Assembly (NCBI GenBank): GCA_046727655.1
Contig: JBKPDB010000043.1
Span: forward strand, 111 to 64,110
Direction of reading: 5' to 3'
Source: Actinomycetota bacterium
Lineage (GTDB): Bacteria > Actinomycetota > Thermoleophilia > Gaiellales > Gaiellaceae
Length of the DNA stretch: 64,000 nucleotides
Position numbers and translations under genes: made by a program
The notes under the pieces: generated by a model
What the model saw: the letters and a program-made list of their open reading frames with translations, nothing else
The model's database searches: none
What the model was told of the DNA's origin: nothing
Shown: piece after piece, positions 7,854-19,356 of the stretch
How positions within the stretch are numbered: the stretch's first letter is position 1
Layout: every line of letters starts with the position of its first letter

Positions 7854-8486
7854 TTATGTGACGTCGAGCAGCCGGTATCCCACCCCCCACACGTTGATCA
7901 CGAAGACATGTCCGTCCGCGGGGGCCGAGAGCTTCCGCCGTAGGCGCGACGCGTGTGAGTCGAGCGTCCTCGTCCTCCCCAACGAACGGAAGCCCCAGAC
8001 CTCTCTGAGCAGCTGCTCCTTCGTGAAGACCCGAGTCGGGTCCGTCATCAGCTTCAGCAAGAGCTCGTACTCCTTCCCCGCGAGCACGACGCCGATGCCG
8101 GCGACGGTGACGGCGCGGGTGGCGAGGTCGGCGACGATCGGGCCGGCACGCCTCGTCTCATGGCCGGCAGGTGAAGTGCGCCGGAGAACGGCATGAATGC
8201 GCGCGAGCAGCTCCTCGTAGTGGAACGGCGTGACGAGGAAGTCGTCGCATCCGCGCTCGAGCGCGCGGACGCGGTCGACGGCATCCGCTTCGGCCTCGCC
8301 GAGCACGATCACCGGCACGTTCCCGTGTCGCGCGCGGCAATCGTCCAGGGCGGCCGTGTCGCCGAGAAGGACGAGGTCGGGATGCACCTCGTCGTCGACG
8401 AGCCGGAAACCGTCACTCGTCAAATGACGCTCGAGAAACGTTCGCGTATCCGGTTGAGGCTCGGCGAGCAGCAGTGCGGCGGACAT
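7854..8486 (-). CDS. Atypical OmpR/PhoB-family response regulator (degenerate receiver plus winged-helix DNA-binding domain), orphan
   Basis: The C-terminal winged helix is intact (LAGKEYELLLKLMTDPTRVFTKEQLLREVWG...RTLDSHASRLRRKL...VWGVGYRL). The receiver lacks the canonical acidic pocket and Lys (see finding). Start taken at the internal Met (MSAALLL); the track ORF extends to 8519. Confidence 0.7.
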   Translation of the reverse strand: MSAALLLAEPQPDTRTFLERHLTSDGFRLVDDEVHPDLVLLGDTAALDDCRARHGNVPVIVLGEAEADAVDRVRALERGCDDFLVTPFHYEELLARIHAVLRRTSPAGHETRRAGPIVADLATRAVTVAGIGVVLAGKEYELLLKLMTDPTRVFTKEQLLREVWGFRSLGRTRTLDSHASRLRRKLSAPADGHVFVINVWGVGYRLLDVT

Positions 8487-8577
8487 GCAACGAACGTAGC
8501 GAAGCGCCGGCGAGCACACCAGATGTCATTTCGCGTGAAACCGTGACGAACGATCTACAAGCGGCCGTTTGGGACGA

Positions 8578-10245
8578 CTACAGCCGTCCGCTGCGCAGCA
8601 CACCCCATAAGAGCCAGACACCGAGCACTACGGAGAACGCAAAACCGATCACGGAGATGATGTTGACGCCGAGCAGCTCCGGGCCGCCTTTCGAGAAGAT
8701 CCCGATCAGGCTCGAGCCGATCAGCCCGCCGGCGACGATCATCGCGACCACGAGCCGGTTGAAGACGACGTCGATGCGGTTGAGGAGGTCGTCGAGCCCC
8801 TTGTGCACGAAGCCGACCTCGATCTGTCCGTCGCGCACCTGCTCGAGCGTGTCGTGCAGCTGGTACGGCAAGTCGAAGGCCATTTGCCCGAGCCGGACGG
8901 TTTGATTTCGCGCCCGGGCCGCCACACGCCGTGGATGCAGCCGATCGAGCAGCAGCCGACGAGCGTATGGACGCGCAACCTCGAAAACGTTGAACTCCGG
9001 ATAGAGGTCGACGCCGACGGAGGCCAGCGTCGCGATCGCCCGGTCGAGGAGAAGGAACCGCGTCGGCAGCTGTAGGTTGAGGGAGTAGATCAGCTGGAAC
9101 ACTTCGCGGATGACCTGAAGCGGGTCGATCTCCGCGAGGCTCGCGCCGTAGTAGCGGTAATAGAAGTCTCGCAGCTGCGCGTGGAACTCCTCCTCGCGTT
9201 CCCTGGGGTAGCGCACGCCGAGCTCTGCAAGCCGCTTCGGCAGCAGGTCGACGTTCTCCGACGCAGCGTCGATGAACATCCGCGTCAGCTTCGACAGGTC
9301 GTCCTCGGTGAGCTTTCCGACGGCGCCGAAGTCGACGAGGCCGATCTGGTCGGGGCTGCCGAGCACAAGGATGTTCGCCGGGTGTGGATCGCCGTGGAAG
9401 AACCCGTGCCGGAAGATCATCGTCATCCAGGCCTCCGCCATCACGTGTGCGAGCTCGCGCCGGTCCTCGACGGGCCACGACTCAGGCAGGATGTCCGCTA
9501 CCTGCATCCCGTCGAGCCACTCGAGCGTCAACACTCGACTGCGCGTGTAGGTCCAGTAGACCCGCGGAACGCGCACGTGCGGATGTCCGGCGAAGTTGCG
9601 ATGGAAGGTGTCCGCGTTCCTGGCCTCGAGGCGGTAGTCGAGCTCCTGTCGGATCGAGCGGGCGAACTCGTCGACGAGCTGATGCGCGTCGATGAAGTCG
9701 AGTGCACGGACGCGTTCTTTCGCGATTCGCGCCGCCTGGTAGAGGAGCGCGAGGTCGGCCTCGATCTGGCGGGGCGCACCGGGACGCTGCACCTTGACGG
9801 CGACGCGGTTGCCGTTCGGAAGCGTCGCGAGGTGCACCTGCCCGATCGACGCCGCCGCGATCGGACGCACCTCGAACTCGGTGAAGAGCTTCTCGAGCGA
9901 GAGCCCGAGCTCCTCCTCGACGACGCGCTCGACATCCTCGAACGGAAACGGACGGACGTCGTCCTGCAGCCCTCGCAGCTCCGCGATGATGTCCGGCGGC
10001 AGGACGTCGGGCCTTGTCGACAGCAGCTGGCCGAACTTGACGAACGTCGGGCCGAGCTCGTCGAGCATCTCCCGCAAGTGCTTGCCCCGCTCGGAGGGCT
10101 GGCCGTCCAGCTCGGCGCGCGGGCCCCGGCGCGGGAAGAGATCGGCGAGACGATGCGTCTCGAACCAGTAGCCGAAGCCGTGGCGCACGGCGACCTGGGC
10201 GATCTCGGAGAGACGACCGAGGTTCCGGGTGGCCGGCTGAGCCAT
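8578..10245 (-). CDS. ABC1/UbiB (AarF) family atypical kinase
   Basis: 555 aa: LGPTFVKFGQLLSTRPDVLP...PIAAASIGQVH.A....G..VAVKVQRPG...HGDPHPANILV...GLVDFG. Two C-terminal TM helices. Confidence 0.85.
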   Translation of the reverse strand: MAQPATRNLGRLSEIAQVAVRHGFGYWFETHRLADLFPRRGPRAELDGQPSERGKHLREMLDELGPTFVKFGQLLSTRPDVLPPDIIAELRGLQDDVRPFPFEDVERVVEEELGLSLEKLFTEFEVRPIAAASIGQVHLATLPNGNRVAVKVQRPGAPRQIEADLALLYQAARIAKERVRALDFIDAHQLVDEFARSIRQELDYRLEARNADTFHRNFAGHPHVRVPRVYWTYTRSRVLTLEWLDGMQVADILPESWPVEDRRELAHVMAEAWMTMIFRHGFFHGDPHPANILVLGSPDQIGLVDFGAVGKLTEDDLSKLTRMFIDAASENVDLLPKRLAELGVRYPREREEEFHAQLRDFYYRYYGASLAEIDPLQVIREVFQLIYSLNLQLPTRFLLLDRAIATLASVGVDLYPEFNVFEVARPYARRLLLDRLHPRRVAARARNQTVRLGQMAFDLPYQLHDTLEQVRDGQIEVGFVHKGLDDLLNRIDVVFNRLVVAMIVAGGLIGSSLIGIFSKGGPELLGVNIISVIGFAFSVVLGVWLLWGVLRSGRL

Positions 10246-10249
10246 CGCC

Positions 10250-11839
10250 TCAGTCTGACACGCGCTCTGGCGGGACCCCCGCAGCCACGGAGCGCCGCGT
10301 CCACGGTCCCGGCGGCGTCAGCAGCGACTCGACCCTGAGATATGCAAGTCCCACCGGCGGCAGGTCCGTCAGCCGCTCGAAGCAGAGGTAACGCGGACGC
10401 CACTCCGGCCCGAACTTGCAGCTGAACACGAGCAGGCGCTCCAGCTGGAAAAGGCGGTCGGCGAAGCGCAGGAGCCGGCGAAGGACGGGAGTGCGTGAGC
10501 CTTGCGGCGTCGGCCCGAGGAAGTCGGAGAAGACGCAGAAGTTCAGGGAGACCTCGTCGACGTCGCGGCCCTGCGCCCAGAGCAAGAGCGAGGCGATCGG
10601 GAACTCCATCAACACGTTGGGCGTCGTCCGCCGGCGTCGCATCGCGCCGAGCGAGAAGCCGTTCAGGCTCGGCACGAGATGGAGAAAACCGCCTACCTCG
10701 TCACCCCGTTCTGCGACGGCGAACAGCGTGTCGCGCTCACCAAAGAGATCGTCCATCGCCATGGAGAAGCCGCGCTCGGCGCTTGCCCCGCGCCAAACGT
10801 CGGAGACGTTGATCAGCTCTGCTCGCAGCGGGCCGTCGACGTCGCCGGCCCGCACGACTCGGAAGCGATAGCCCGCGCGCTCGAGACGCGTGACCGATTG
10901 CCGTACCTTCCTGACGGCGCGCCCTTGGAGACAGAACGTCCAGGGGCGGACGACAGCTTCGTCCCCGATCTTGATCGTGCGCAGGTGGAGTGACCGAACG
11001 ATCGGCAAGAGATCGCTGCGCACGCTCAAGAGGGCGAGACGCCAACCTCGCGCGTGACAGACGCGACGGAACTCCTGGAGCAGCGGTGCGAGCTCGTCGT
11101 GCGCGCCGACAGGATCGCCGCTGACGAGTGCACAACCCGCGACGACCCGATAGGCGAGGAAGCTGCGCCGCGACGGCGAGAAGAAGTAGCTCTTGTCCTT
11201 GCGAAGGCTGAAGAACGCCAGGCTGTCATCTCCGTAGTCGCGGACGAGCGTCCTGACGACCCGTCGCTCCTCCGCCGACTGACGCACCCGTTGCGACAGC
11301 GGTCGAAGCCAGAGATACAAGGCGCGGAACGCGAGGACGAGCGTGAGCGCCATGAGCAGGTCCTCTAGCCTGTCCTGTTCGAAGCCGCGCACCTCGAGCA
11401 CGAGCGCCGAGGTGCCGAGCGCAGCAAGTGCGAACGCCGTGATCACGAGCGGACGCGTCTCGGAATCGCCGGGGACGTCGAAGCGCGCGCGATACCGGAT
11501 CAGCGCGAAGAGCAGCACGGCGGCCATCACCGCCTCCTCCACGTCGAGCCCCTTCGCCAGGTGCGCTAGAGAGATCCCGAAGACGATCGCCACCGAGAGC
11601 TGCCAAGCACGCAGACGGCGGCTCGCAAGCGAGCGCGCTAGCCAGATGAGGGCGAGCCCGAATGCGAGGGCAGCGACTCGAGCCGCACTCGGGATCCCGG
11701 GCGGAAGCACACCGCGAACGAAGTCGTACCCGTTCGCAAGCTCCGGAGTCAGCGCCGAGGCGATCCCGATCGCACCGACGGCGCCCGCAGCACAAGCGAG
11801 GATCAGCTCACCACTCGGAGCGGGTCGCCGCACGGCCAA
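10250..11839 (-). CDS. Membrane protein with lysyl-phosphatidylglycerol synthase C-terminal domain (MprF-like, DUF2156)
   Basis: N-terminal TM helices, then DSLAFFSLRKDKSYFFSP..RSFLAYRVVAGCALVSGDPVG...GWRLALLSV...AVRKVRQSVTRLERAGY, typical of DUF2156. Start uncertain: TTG 11839 or GTG 11833. The track ORF to 12043 would overlap the next gene. Confidence 0.65.
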   Translation of the reverse strand: MAVRRPAPSGELILACAAGAVGAIGIASALTPELANGYDFVRGVLPPGIPSAARVAALAFGLALIWLARSLASRRLRAWQLSVAIVFGISLAHLAKGLDVEEAVMAAVLLFALIRYRARFDVPGDSETRPLVITAFALAALGTSALVLEVRGFEQDRLEDLLMALTLVLAFRALYLWLRPLSQRVRQSAEERRVVRTLVRDYGDDSLAFFSLRKDKSYFFSPSRRSFLAYRVVAGCALVSGDPVGAHDELAPLLQEFRRVCHARGWRLALLSVRSDLLPIVRSLHLRTIKIGDEAVVRPWTFCLQGRAVRKVRQSVTRLERAGYRFRVVRAGDVDGPLRAELINVSDVWRGASAERGFSMAMDDLFGERDTLFAVAERGDEVGGFLHLVPSLNGFSLGAMRRRRTTPNVLMEFPIASLLLWAQGRDVDEVSLNFCVFSDFLGPTPQGSRTPVLRRLLRFADRLFQLERLLVFSCKFGPEWRPRYLCFERLTDLPPVGLAYLRVESLLTPPGPWTRRSVAAGVPPERVSD

Positions 11840-11874
11840 GAGCGTACCTCTGGCGGACCTAGCTTTTCGGCCTA

Positions 11875-11895
11875 GTCCGGTGCCTGGCACCAGAC
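11875..11895. repeat. REP-like palindrome copy a: GTCCGGTGCCTGGCACCAGAC
   Basis: Imperfect 21-nt palindrome centred on T. Intergenic, 15 nt 3' of the stop of 11910..12269. Same core as the copies at 23633, 30168 and 42675. Confidence 0.75.
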
Positions 11896-11909
11896 GTGGC
11901 TCGAGAGGA

Positions 11910-12269
11910 CTACGTGCGCGGCGGTTCGGCCGTCTGCGGCTCGTTTTCCACGAGCCGGAGGCGGTGTTCGAGCTGGGCGACGCGGAGCTCGAGCTCGTCC
12001 CACTCGGCCCGTGTGACGAGGCCGAGCTCACGCAGCACCCCATGCAGCGTCGCGCCGGCCCGCTCGCCGACCCGCATGGCGTCGCGGCGCCAGCGCGTCG
12101 TCGCCTCGTCGATCCAGGCCCGGACTTCCTCCTTCTGCATCCCGCCGCGATCGGCGAGCGACTCCGCCAGCTCGTCGGCCCGCTCGGCCGTCAGCGCGAC
12201 GGCACCGAGCGCGGCCGACGCAAGACGTCGGAGTTGATCCGGCGGGGGGCGATCGTCTCGATCGGTCAC
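11910..12269 (-). CDS. Phasin-like / coiled-coil small protein (COG3937-like)
   Basis: 119 aa, all-helical with an acidic/basic heptad-like pattern, ending LGLVTRAEWDELELRVAQLEHRL. GTG start abuts the secDF stop. Family assignment is from memory of similar actinobacterial proteins. Confidence 0.45.
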   Translation of the reverse strand: MTDRDDRPPPDQLRRLASAALGAVALTAERADELAESLADRGGMQKEEVRAWIDEATTRWRRDAMRVGERAGATLHGVLRELGLVTRAEWDELELRVAQLEHRLRLVENEPQTAEPPRT

Positions 12270-15083
12270 TTAGCGGGCGCGCCCATGCGGTCGCGTACGA
12301 CGGCGCTGACGCCGACGTTCGCGCTTCGCCTGTGCGGCGGCAGCCGCGGCGCCGTCCGAGCCGTCCACCATGGCCACGGGCGTCGGCGCGACGAGTCCCG
12401 GCGCGGGCTCCGCGGCGGCAGCCTCCTCCGCCTGCTCGAACGCGACCTCGAGCCCCACTTTGCCGACGACGTCGTCCTTGCGCCTCGCGTACTCGGGCTC
12501 GCGCTCCTTCCACATCGTCAGGAGCGGCGCCGCGATGAAGATCGACGAATAGGCGCCGGAGACGATGCCGACGATCAGCGCGAAGGCGAAGTCCTTCAGC
12601 GTCGCGCCGCCGAAGAGGAAGAGGGCGACGACCGGCAGCAGCGTGATGAACGACGTTGCCAGCGAACGACGGATCGTCTCCCAGAGCGACACGTTCGCGA
12701 TCGTCGCGAAGGACGACCGCCGCATGATCGGGATGTTCTCCCTGATGCGGTCGAAGATGATGATCGTGTCGTAGATGGAGTAACCGAGGACGGTCAGGAT
12801 CGCGGCGACAGTCGAGCTCGTGACCTCGCGCCCGACGAGCGCGTAGATGCCGATACAGATCAGGACGTCGTGGAGCATCGCGACGATCACGGGGCCCGCG
12901 AACTTGAGGTCGAACCTGATCGAGATGTAGAGGACGACGAGCAGCAGCGAGACGATGATCGCGACGATCGCGCTGCGGGCGATCTGCCGGCCGAAGCTCG
13001 ACGACACGGTCGTCGCGCCCGGCGCCTGGGTCTGGAGGTTCTCCTCGAGCGCGCGCGTGACCTGCGTCAGCTTGGGCCCGCTGAGGGCCTTGGTCCGGAT
13101 CTGGAAGCTCCTGTACTGGTCGCCGTTTCTCGCGTTGCCTCGCCCCTGGATGACTGCGTCGCCGAAGCCCTGCGTGTCCATCACCTGACGCACGTCGCCT
13201 GTCGTGTGGGCGACCGGCGTCCTGAAGGTGAGCTGCGTGCCGCCCTTGAAGTCGATGCCGAGGTTGAGCCCCTTGGCACCGAGCGCGATCGCGCCGACGA
13301 CGAGGATCGCGCCGGAGATCGCAAACCACAGGTACCGGCGCCGCATGAAGTCGATCTGCAGCCACTTGGCCGTCTGCTGACCCTGCGCTCCCATGAAGCG
13401 CGGGTTGTTGAACCACCGGAAGCCGCCGAGCAGACCCAGCATGGCGCGCGTCGCCGCGACCGCCGTGATCAGCGAGATCACGGTTCCGATCAGCAGCATC
13501 AACGCGAAGCCCTTCACCTGCGCCGTCGCAACCGCGAACAGGACGAGCGCTGTGATCGCCGTGACGACGTTCGCGTCGATAATGGTGTGGAAGCCCTTCG
13601 CGTAGCCGGCCGAGATCGCCGCGCGCACGGACTTCCCGGCGCGCACCTCTTCCTTGATGCGTTCGAACACAACGACATTCGCGTCGGCGGCCACCCCAAT
13701 CGTCAGGATCAGGCCGGCGAAACCCGGCAAGGTCAGGGTGACGTTGAAGAGGAGGAGCGCGGCGTACAGAAAGGCGGCATAGATCCCGAGGCCGATGACC
13801 GCGACGAGGCCGAGGAAGCGGTAGAAGAGGAGCAGGAAGAGTGCGACGACGATCAGGCCGACCGCGGCTGCCTTCTTCGCCTCCTGAAGGGAGTCCTTAC
13901 CGAGCGTCGCGGACACGTCCGTGCGCTCGGCCGTCTGGAACTCGACCGGGAGCGCGCCTGTTTGCAGGACGAGCGCCAGGCGCTTCGCATCGCCGAGGCC
14001 GCCGCTCCCCATGTCGATCTGCGCGCCGTTGTCGCCGGGGATCCCGTCGGGGTTCCGGCAGTAGTCGATGTAGGGCGTCGACTGGATCTCGTTGTCGAGC
14101 ACGATCGCAAAGTGCTGGACGTTCGGCGGCGGCGTTCCCTGGCTGCAGTCGCCGCCGAGCGCACCGCGCTGCGCCTCGCGCCGCGTGATCTCGTGGAAGG
14201 TCTTCTTCCCCTTGCCGGTGAACTGCATCAGCACGACCGGGCCGTTCGACTGCGGATCGATGTCGGCGCGGGTTCCGGAGAGCTTGAGGTCGGAGCCCGT
14301 CATCTCCGGGATCGGGTTGTTCGGGAAGTCCTTCGGGTCGTGGTTCTTGAGGAGGTAGAACCCCTTCTTCTTGTTGCCGGGAACTTGCGTCGGACAGTTG
14401 CCGGCGACGTTGTCGCAGCTGACCGCGACGGTGTTGGCCGGGACCGTCAGGATCTTCCAGTCCTTGGGAACGTGGTTCCCGAGACCGCCCTTCGCTTTCG
14501 GCTTGCGGACGATCTCGTTGGCGAGGAGCTTCTCGCGCGTCGGCGCGGGACCTGCCCTCACGATGTGCTTGTTGTCGAAGAGGTACCACTGCTCCGCCTC
14601 GCCCTTGTTCGCGAGGAGGCGTGTGGCCGGGTCGGAGAGCAGTTCGTACAGCGATCCTTTCGCGACGGGCGTCGGATGGAGCACGCCGCCTGCGACCGAC
14701 GGACCGGTGACGTCGGCCTCGAAGTCGTAGAACTGGAGCACGGCGGTCTTCCCGATCAGCTTCGCGGCCGTCGCCGGGTCGTGGACGCCCGCGAGCTGGA
14801 TCACGATCTGGTTCGAGCCCTGCTTGCGGATCTCGGGCTCGGAGACGCCGAGCTTGTCGATCCGCTTCCGCATGATCTCGATCGAGCGGTCGAGGTCCTC
14901 CGAGGTCAGTTTGTGACCCTTCGGCGGCACGGCCTTCAGGACGACCTCGAGGCCGCCCTGCAGGTCCAGGCCGAGAGTCGGCTTCTTGTGGGCCGGCGAT
15001 CCTGGCACGGCGAGTAGGGCGACGCCGATCAGCGCCGCCATGATGCAGCCGATCAGGATGAGATGGTTACGCCGGTCCGACAA
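12270..15083 (-). CDS. secDF: Fused protein translocase subunits SecD-SecF
   Basis: 937 aa, TTG start. SecD-like N-terminus (LGLDLQGGLEVVL, large periplasmic domain, 6 TM) followed by a SecF-like half (FMRRRYLWFAISGAILVVG...LGIDFKGGT...). Followed genomically by yajC upstream. Confidence 0.93.
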   Translation of the reverse strand: MSDRRNHLILIGCIMAALIGVALLAVPGSPAHKKPTLGLDLQGGLEVVLKAVPPKGHKLTSEDLDRSIEIMRKRIDKLGVSEPEIRKQGSNQIVIQLAGVHDPATAAKLIGKTAVLQFYDFEADVTGPSVAGGVLHPTPVAKGSLYELLSDPATRLLANKGEAEQWYLFDNKHIVRAGPAPTREKLLANEIVRKPKAKGGLGNHVPKDWKILTVPANTVAVSCDNVAGNCPTQVPGNKKKGFYLLKNHDPKDFPNNPIPEMTGSDLKLSGTRADIDPQSNGPVVLMQFTGKGKKTFHEITRREAQRGALGGDCSQGTPPPNVQHFAIVLDNEIQSTPYIDYCRNPDGIPGDNGAQIDMGSGGLGDAKRLALVLQTGALPVEFQTAERTDVSATLGKDSLQEAKKAAAVGLIVVALFLLLFYRFLGLVAVIGLGIYAAFLYAALLLFNVTLTLPGFAGLILTIGVAADANVVVFERIKEEVRAGKSVRAAISAGYAKGFHTIIDANVVTAITALVLFAVATAQVKGFALMLLIGTVISLITAVAATRAMLGLLGGFRWFNNPRFMGAQGQQTAKWLQIDFMRRRYLWFAISGAILVVGAIALGAKGLNLGIDFKGGTQLTFRTPVAHTTGDVRQVMDTQGFGDAVIQGRGNARNGDQYRSFQIRTKALSGPKLTQVTRALEENLQTQAPGATTVSSSFGRQIARSAIVAIIVSLLLVVLYISIRFDLKFAGPVIVAMLHDVLICIGIYALVGREVTSSTVAAILTVLGYSIYDTIIIFDRIRENIPIMRRSSFATIANVSLWETIRRSLATSFITLLPVVALFLFGGATLKDFAFALIVGIVSGAYSSIFIAAPLLTMWKEREPEYARRKDDVVGKVGLEVAFEQAEEAAAAEPAPGLVAPTPVAMVDGSDGAAAAAAQAKRERRRQRRRTRPHGRAR

Positions 15084-15085
15084 GC

Positions 15086-15424
15086 TCAGTCTCGAGGAAG
15101 GGTAGCCGGGGTCTCCTCCTCCGGTGGATCACCCTCTTGGGTCATTTGTTCGGGTTCTTCGCTCTCTGGGTTTTCGTCGCCGACGACGCCCGCAACGGCG
15201 CGTTTGGCGACGCGAACCTCCACATCATCGGCGATTCGGAGGCGAATCTCGTCCTCCTCGACCGCCGTAACGATTCCGTAAAGGCCGCCGGCCGTGACGA
15301 TTTCCTGTCCGACAGCGATCGAGCCGACGAGCCGCTGCGCCTCGTTCTGACGCTTCCGCTGCGGCCGGATCAGCAGAAACCACATCAGGGCCAGCAGGAC
15401 GAGGATGAAGATGAAAGCTTCCAC
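15086..15424 (-). CDS. yajC: Preprotein translocase subunit YajC
   Basis: GTG at 15424 preceded by GGAGG with a 5-nt spacer. VEAFIFILVLLALMWFLLIRPQRKRQNE...GQEIVTAGGLYGIVTAVEEDEIRLRI is a typical YajC. The longer track ORF (to 15634) overlaps the tgt 3' end. Confidence 0.85.
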   Translation of the reverse strand: MEAFIFILVLLALMWFLLIRPQRKRQNEAQRLVGSIAVGQEIVTAGGLYGIVTAVEEDEIRLRIADDVEVRVAKRAVAGVVGDENPESEEPEQMTQEGDPPEEETPATLPRD

Positions 15425-15432
15425 TGAGCCTC

Positions 15433-17953
<2,521 letters not shown>

Positions 17954-17980
17954 CCGGTGCCAACGGTAGCGTTGCCCGAC

Positions 17981-18433
17981 ATGGACGAGGGCGCGCTGGA
18001 ACGAGCGCGTACGCGCCTCGACGGGCGTGCGGATGCCGCCGCGCTCGAGTCGCTCGTGTTGCGGGCCCGCGAACAGGTCGAAGCCCTGACTGCGGCGACG
18101 GCCGCGCTCGAAGAAACGCTTCCATCACAGGTCGGCGACGTCGTGCGCGAGCAGGCTCGGCCCGTCGGACGGAACCTCGCCGAGATACGCGGTCTCATGA
18201 ACCAGGTCATCCGCCGGCTCGAGCACGTCGAGACGGATCTGACGAGCGAACGGCACGCGCGCGTGGACGATCTCGCATTGCTGGTCGACCTCGTGTCGGC
18301 GGGCTGGCAGAACGTCGACGCACGCATTGCCAAGCTCGAATCCCTGGTCGCGCGAGTCGAGCACCTCGAGGAGAGCCGCGGCGCCGTCGTCTACGACATG
18401 GACGAACGCCGCACCGAAGCGGCGACGTCCTAG
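17981..18433 (+). CDS. Hypothetical coiled-coil protein
   Basis: In-frame ATG 17981 just after the divergent queA start. 150 aa, helical, E/R/L/A rich with heptad character. The upstream part of track ORF 17153..18433 is antisense to queA. Confidence 0.4.
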   Translation: MDEGALERARTRLDGRADAAALESLVLRAREQVEALTAATAALEETLPSQVGDVVREQARPVGRNLAEIRGLMNQVIRRLEHVETDLTSERHARVDDLALLVDLVSAGWQNVDARIAKLESLVARVEHLEESRGAVVYDMDERRTEAATS

Positions 18434-18436
18434 CGC

Positions 18437-19345
18437 TCAGGTCACTGCAAGGATCACCGCAGCGCAAGCGGCCCACCCGGCGATGCAGAGCAGGATCGGG
18501 ACGTCGCGCAGCAGGACTTCCTCGGGCTCCTCGCCGAGATCCCGGCGATGCATGAGGAGCAGGTAGCGGAACACGCCGAAGACGACGAAGGGAATCGTCA
18601 CCATCATCGCCTTCGAGTCCCTCGCCGTGAATGTGTACAGGCAGTACGAGATCACCGTCGACGCGGCGACGATCGTCACCAGCTGGTCGACGAGCGCGAG
18701 CGAGTAGCCCTCGAGCACGGGACGGCCCGGCGTCGCCTCGGCTCCGACGAGCACGAGCTCGCCGCGCCGTTTTGCCAGGGCCAGGAACAGGGCGAGCAGA
18801 GCCGTGCACAGCAGCAGCCATGGCGAGATCCGCACGTCGACCGCGGCTGCCCCCGCAGCCGCACGGATGACGAACAAGCCGCCGATCGTCATCACGTCCA
18901 GCAGGACGACGTGCTTCAGCGACAGCGTGTACACGGCCTGGAGAGCGAAGAACGCACAGAGGAAGAGGATCGATGCGACTCCGAGCGGGATCACGAGCGC
19001 GAACGCGACGAGCAGGAGCACAGCGGCGAGCCCTACGGCCGCCCGGGCCGACAGCTCGCCGCGTGCGATCGGACGGGACCGTTTCACCGGATGGAGGCGG
19101 TCGTGCGGCGCATCGCGGACGTCGTTCACGAGGTAGCTCGCGCTCGAGGCGGCGCAGTAGGCGGCGAACGCCGCGAGCGCTTCCGCCCAGCGCGAGGCGT
19201 CACTGAGCTTCGCGGCGAAGATGATGCCCGCGAACAGGAGCAGGTTCTTCGTCCACTGGCGCGGACGCAGCGACACAAGGACCGCCGCCGGCAAGGACCG
19301 CCAGGCCGGCAAGCCGACGACTCGCGCAGGCTCCGAGAGGCTCAC
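18437..19345 (-). CDS. UbiA-family prenyltransferase, decaprenyl-phosphate phosphoribosyltransferase-like
   Basis: 302 aa, about 8-9 TM. First Asp-rich motif NDVRDAPHDRLHPVKRSRPIARGEL resembles the DPPR synthase (Rv3806c-type) subfamily. Confidence 0.65.
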   Translation of the reverse strand: MSLSEPARVVGLPAWRSLPAAVLVSLRPRQWTKNLLLFAGIIFAAKLSDASRWAEALAAFAAYCAASSASYLVNDVRDAPHDRLHPVKRSRPIARGELSARAAVGLAAVLLLVAFALVIPLGVASILFLCAFFALQAVYTLSLKHVVLLDVMTIGGLFVIRAAAGAAAVDVRISPWLLLCTALLALFLALAKRRGELVLVGAEATPGRPVLEGYSLALVDQLVTIVAASTVISYCLYTFTARDSKAMMVTIPFVVFGVFRYLLLMHRRDLGEEPEEVLLRDVPILLCIAGWAACAAVILAVT

Positions 19346-19356
19346 GCGGCGGGACT

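Noticed and set aside
11343-15017. 1224-aa plus-strand ORF, the longest in the track
   Set aside because: It is exactly antisense to secDF and the neighbouring genes. The translation is Arg/Asp/Glu/Gly/Pro-rich low-complexity sequence with no motifs. This is the typical stop-free mirror frame of a high-GC gene, and secDF on the minus strand is unambiguous.
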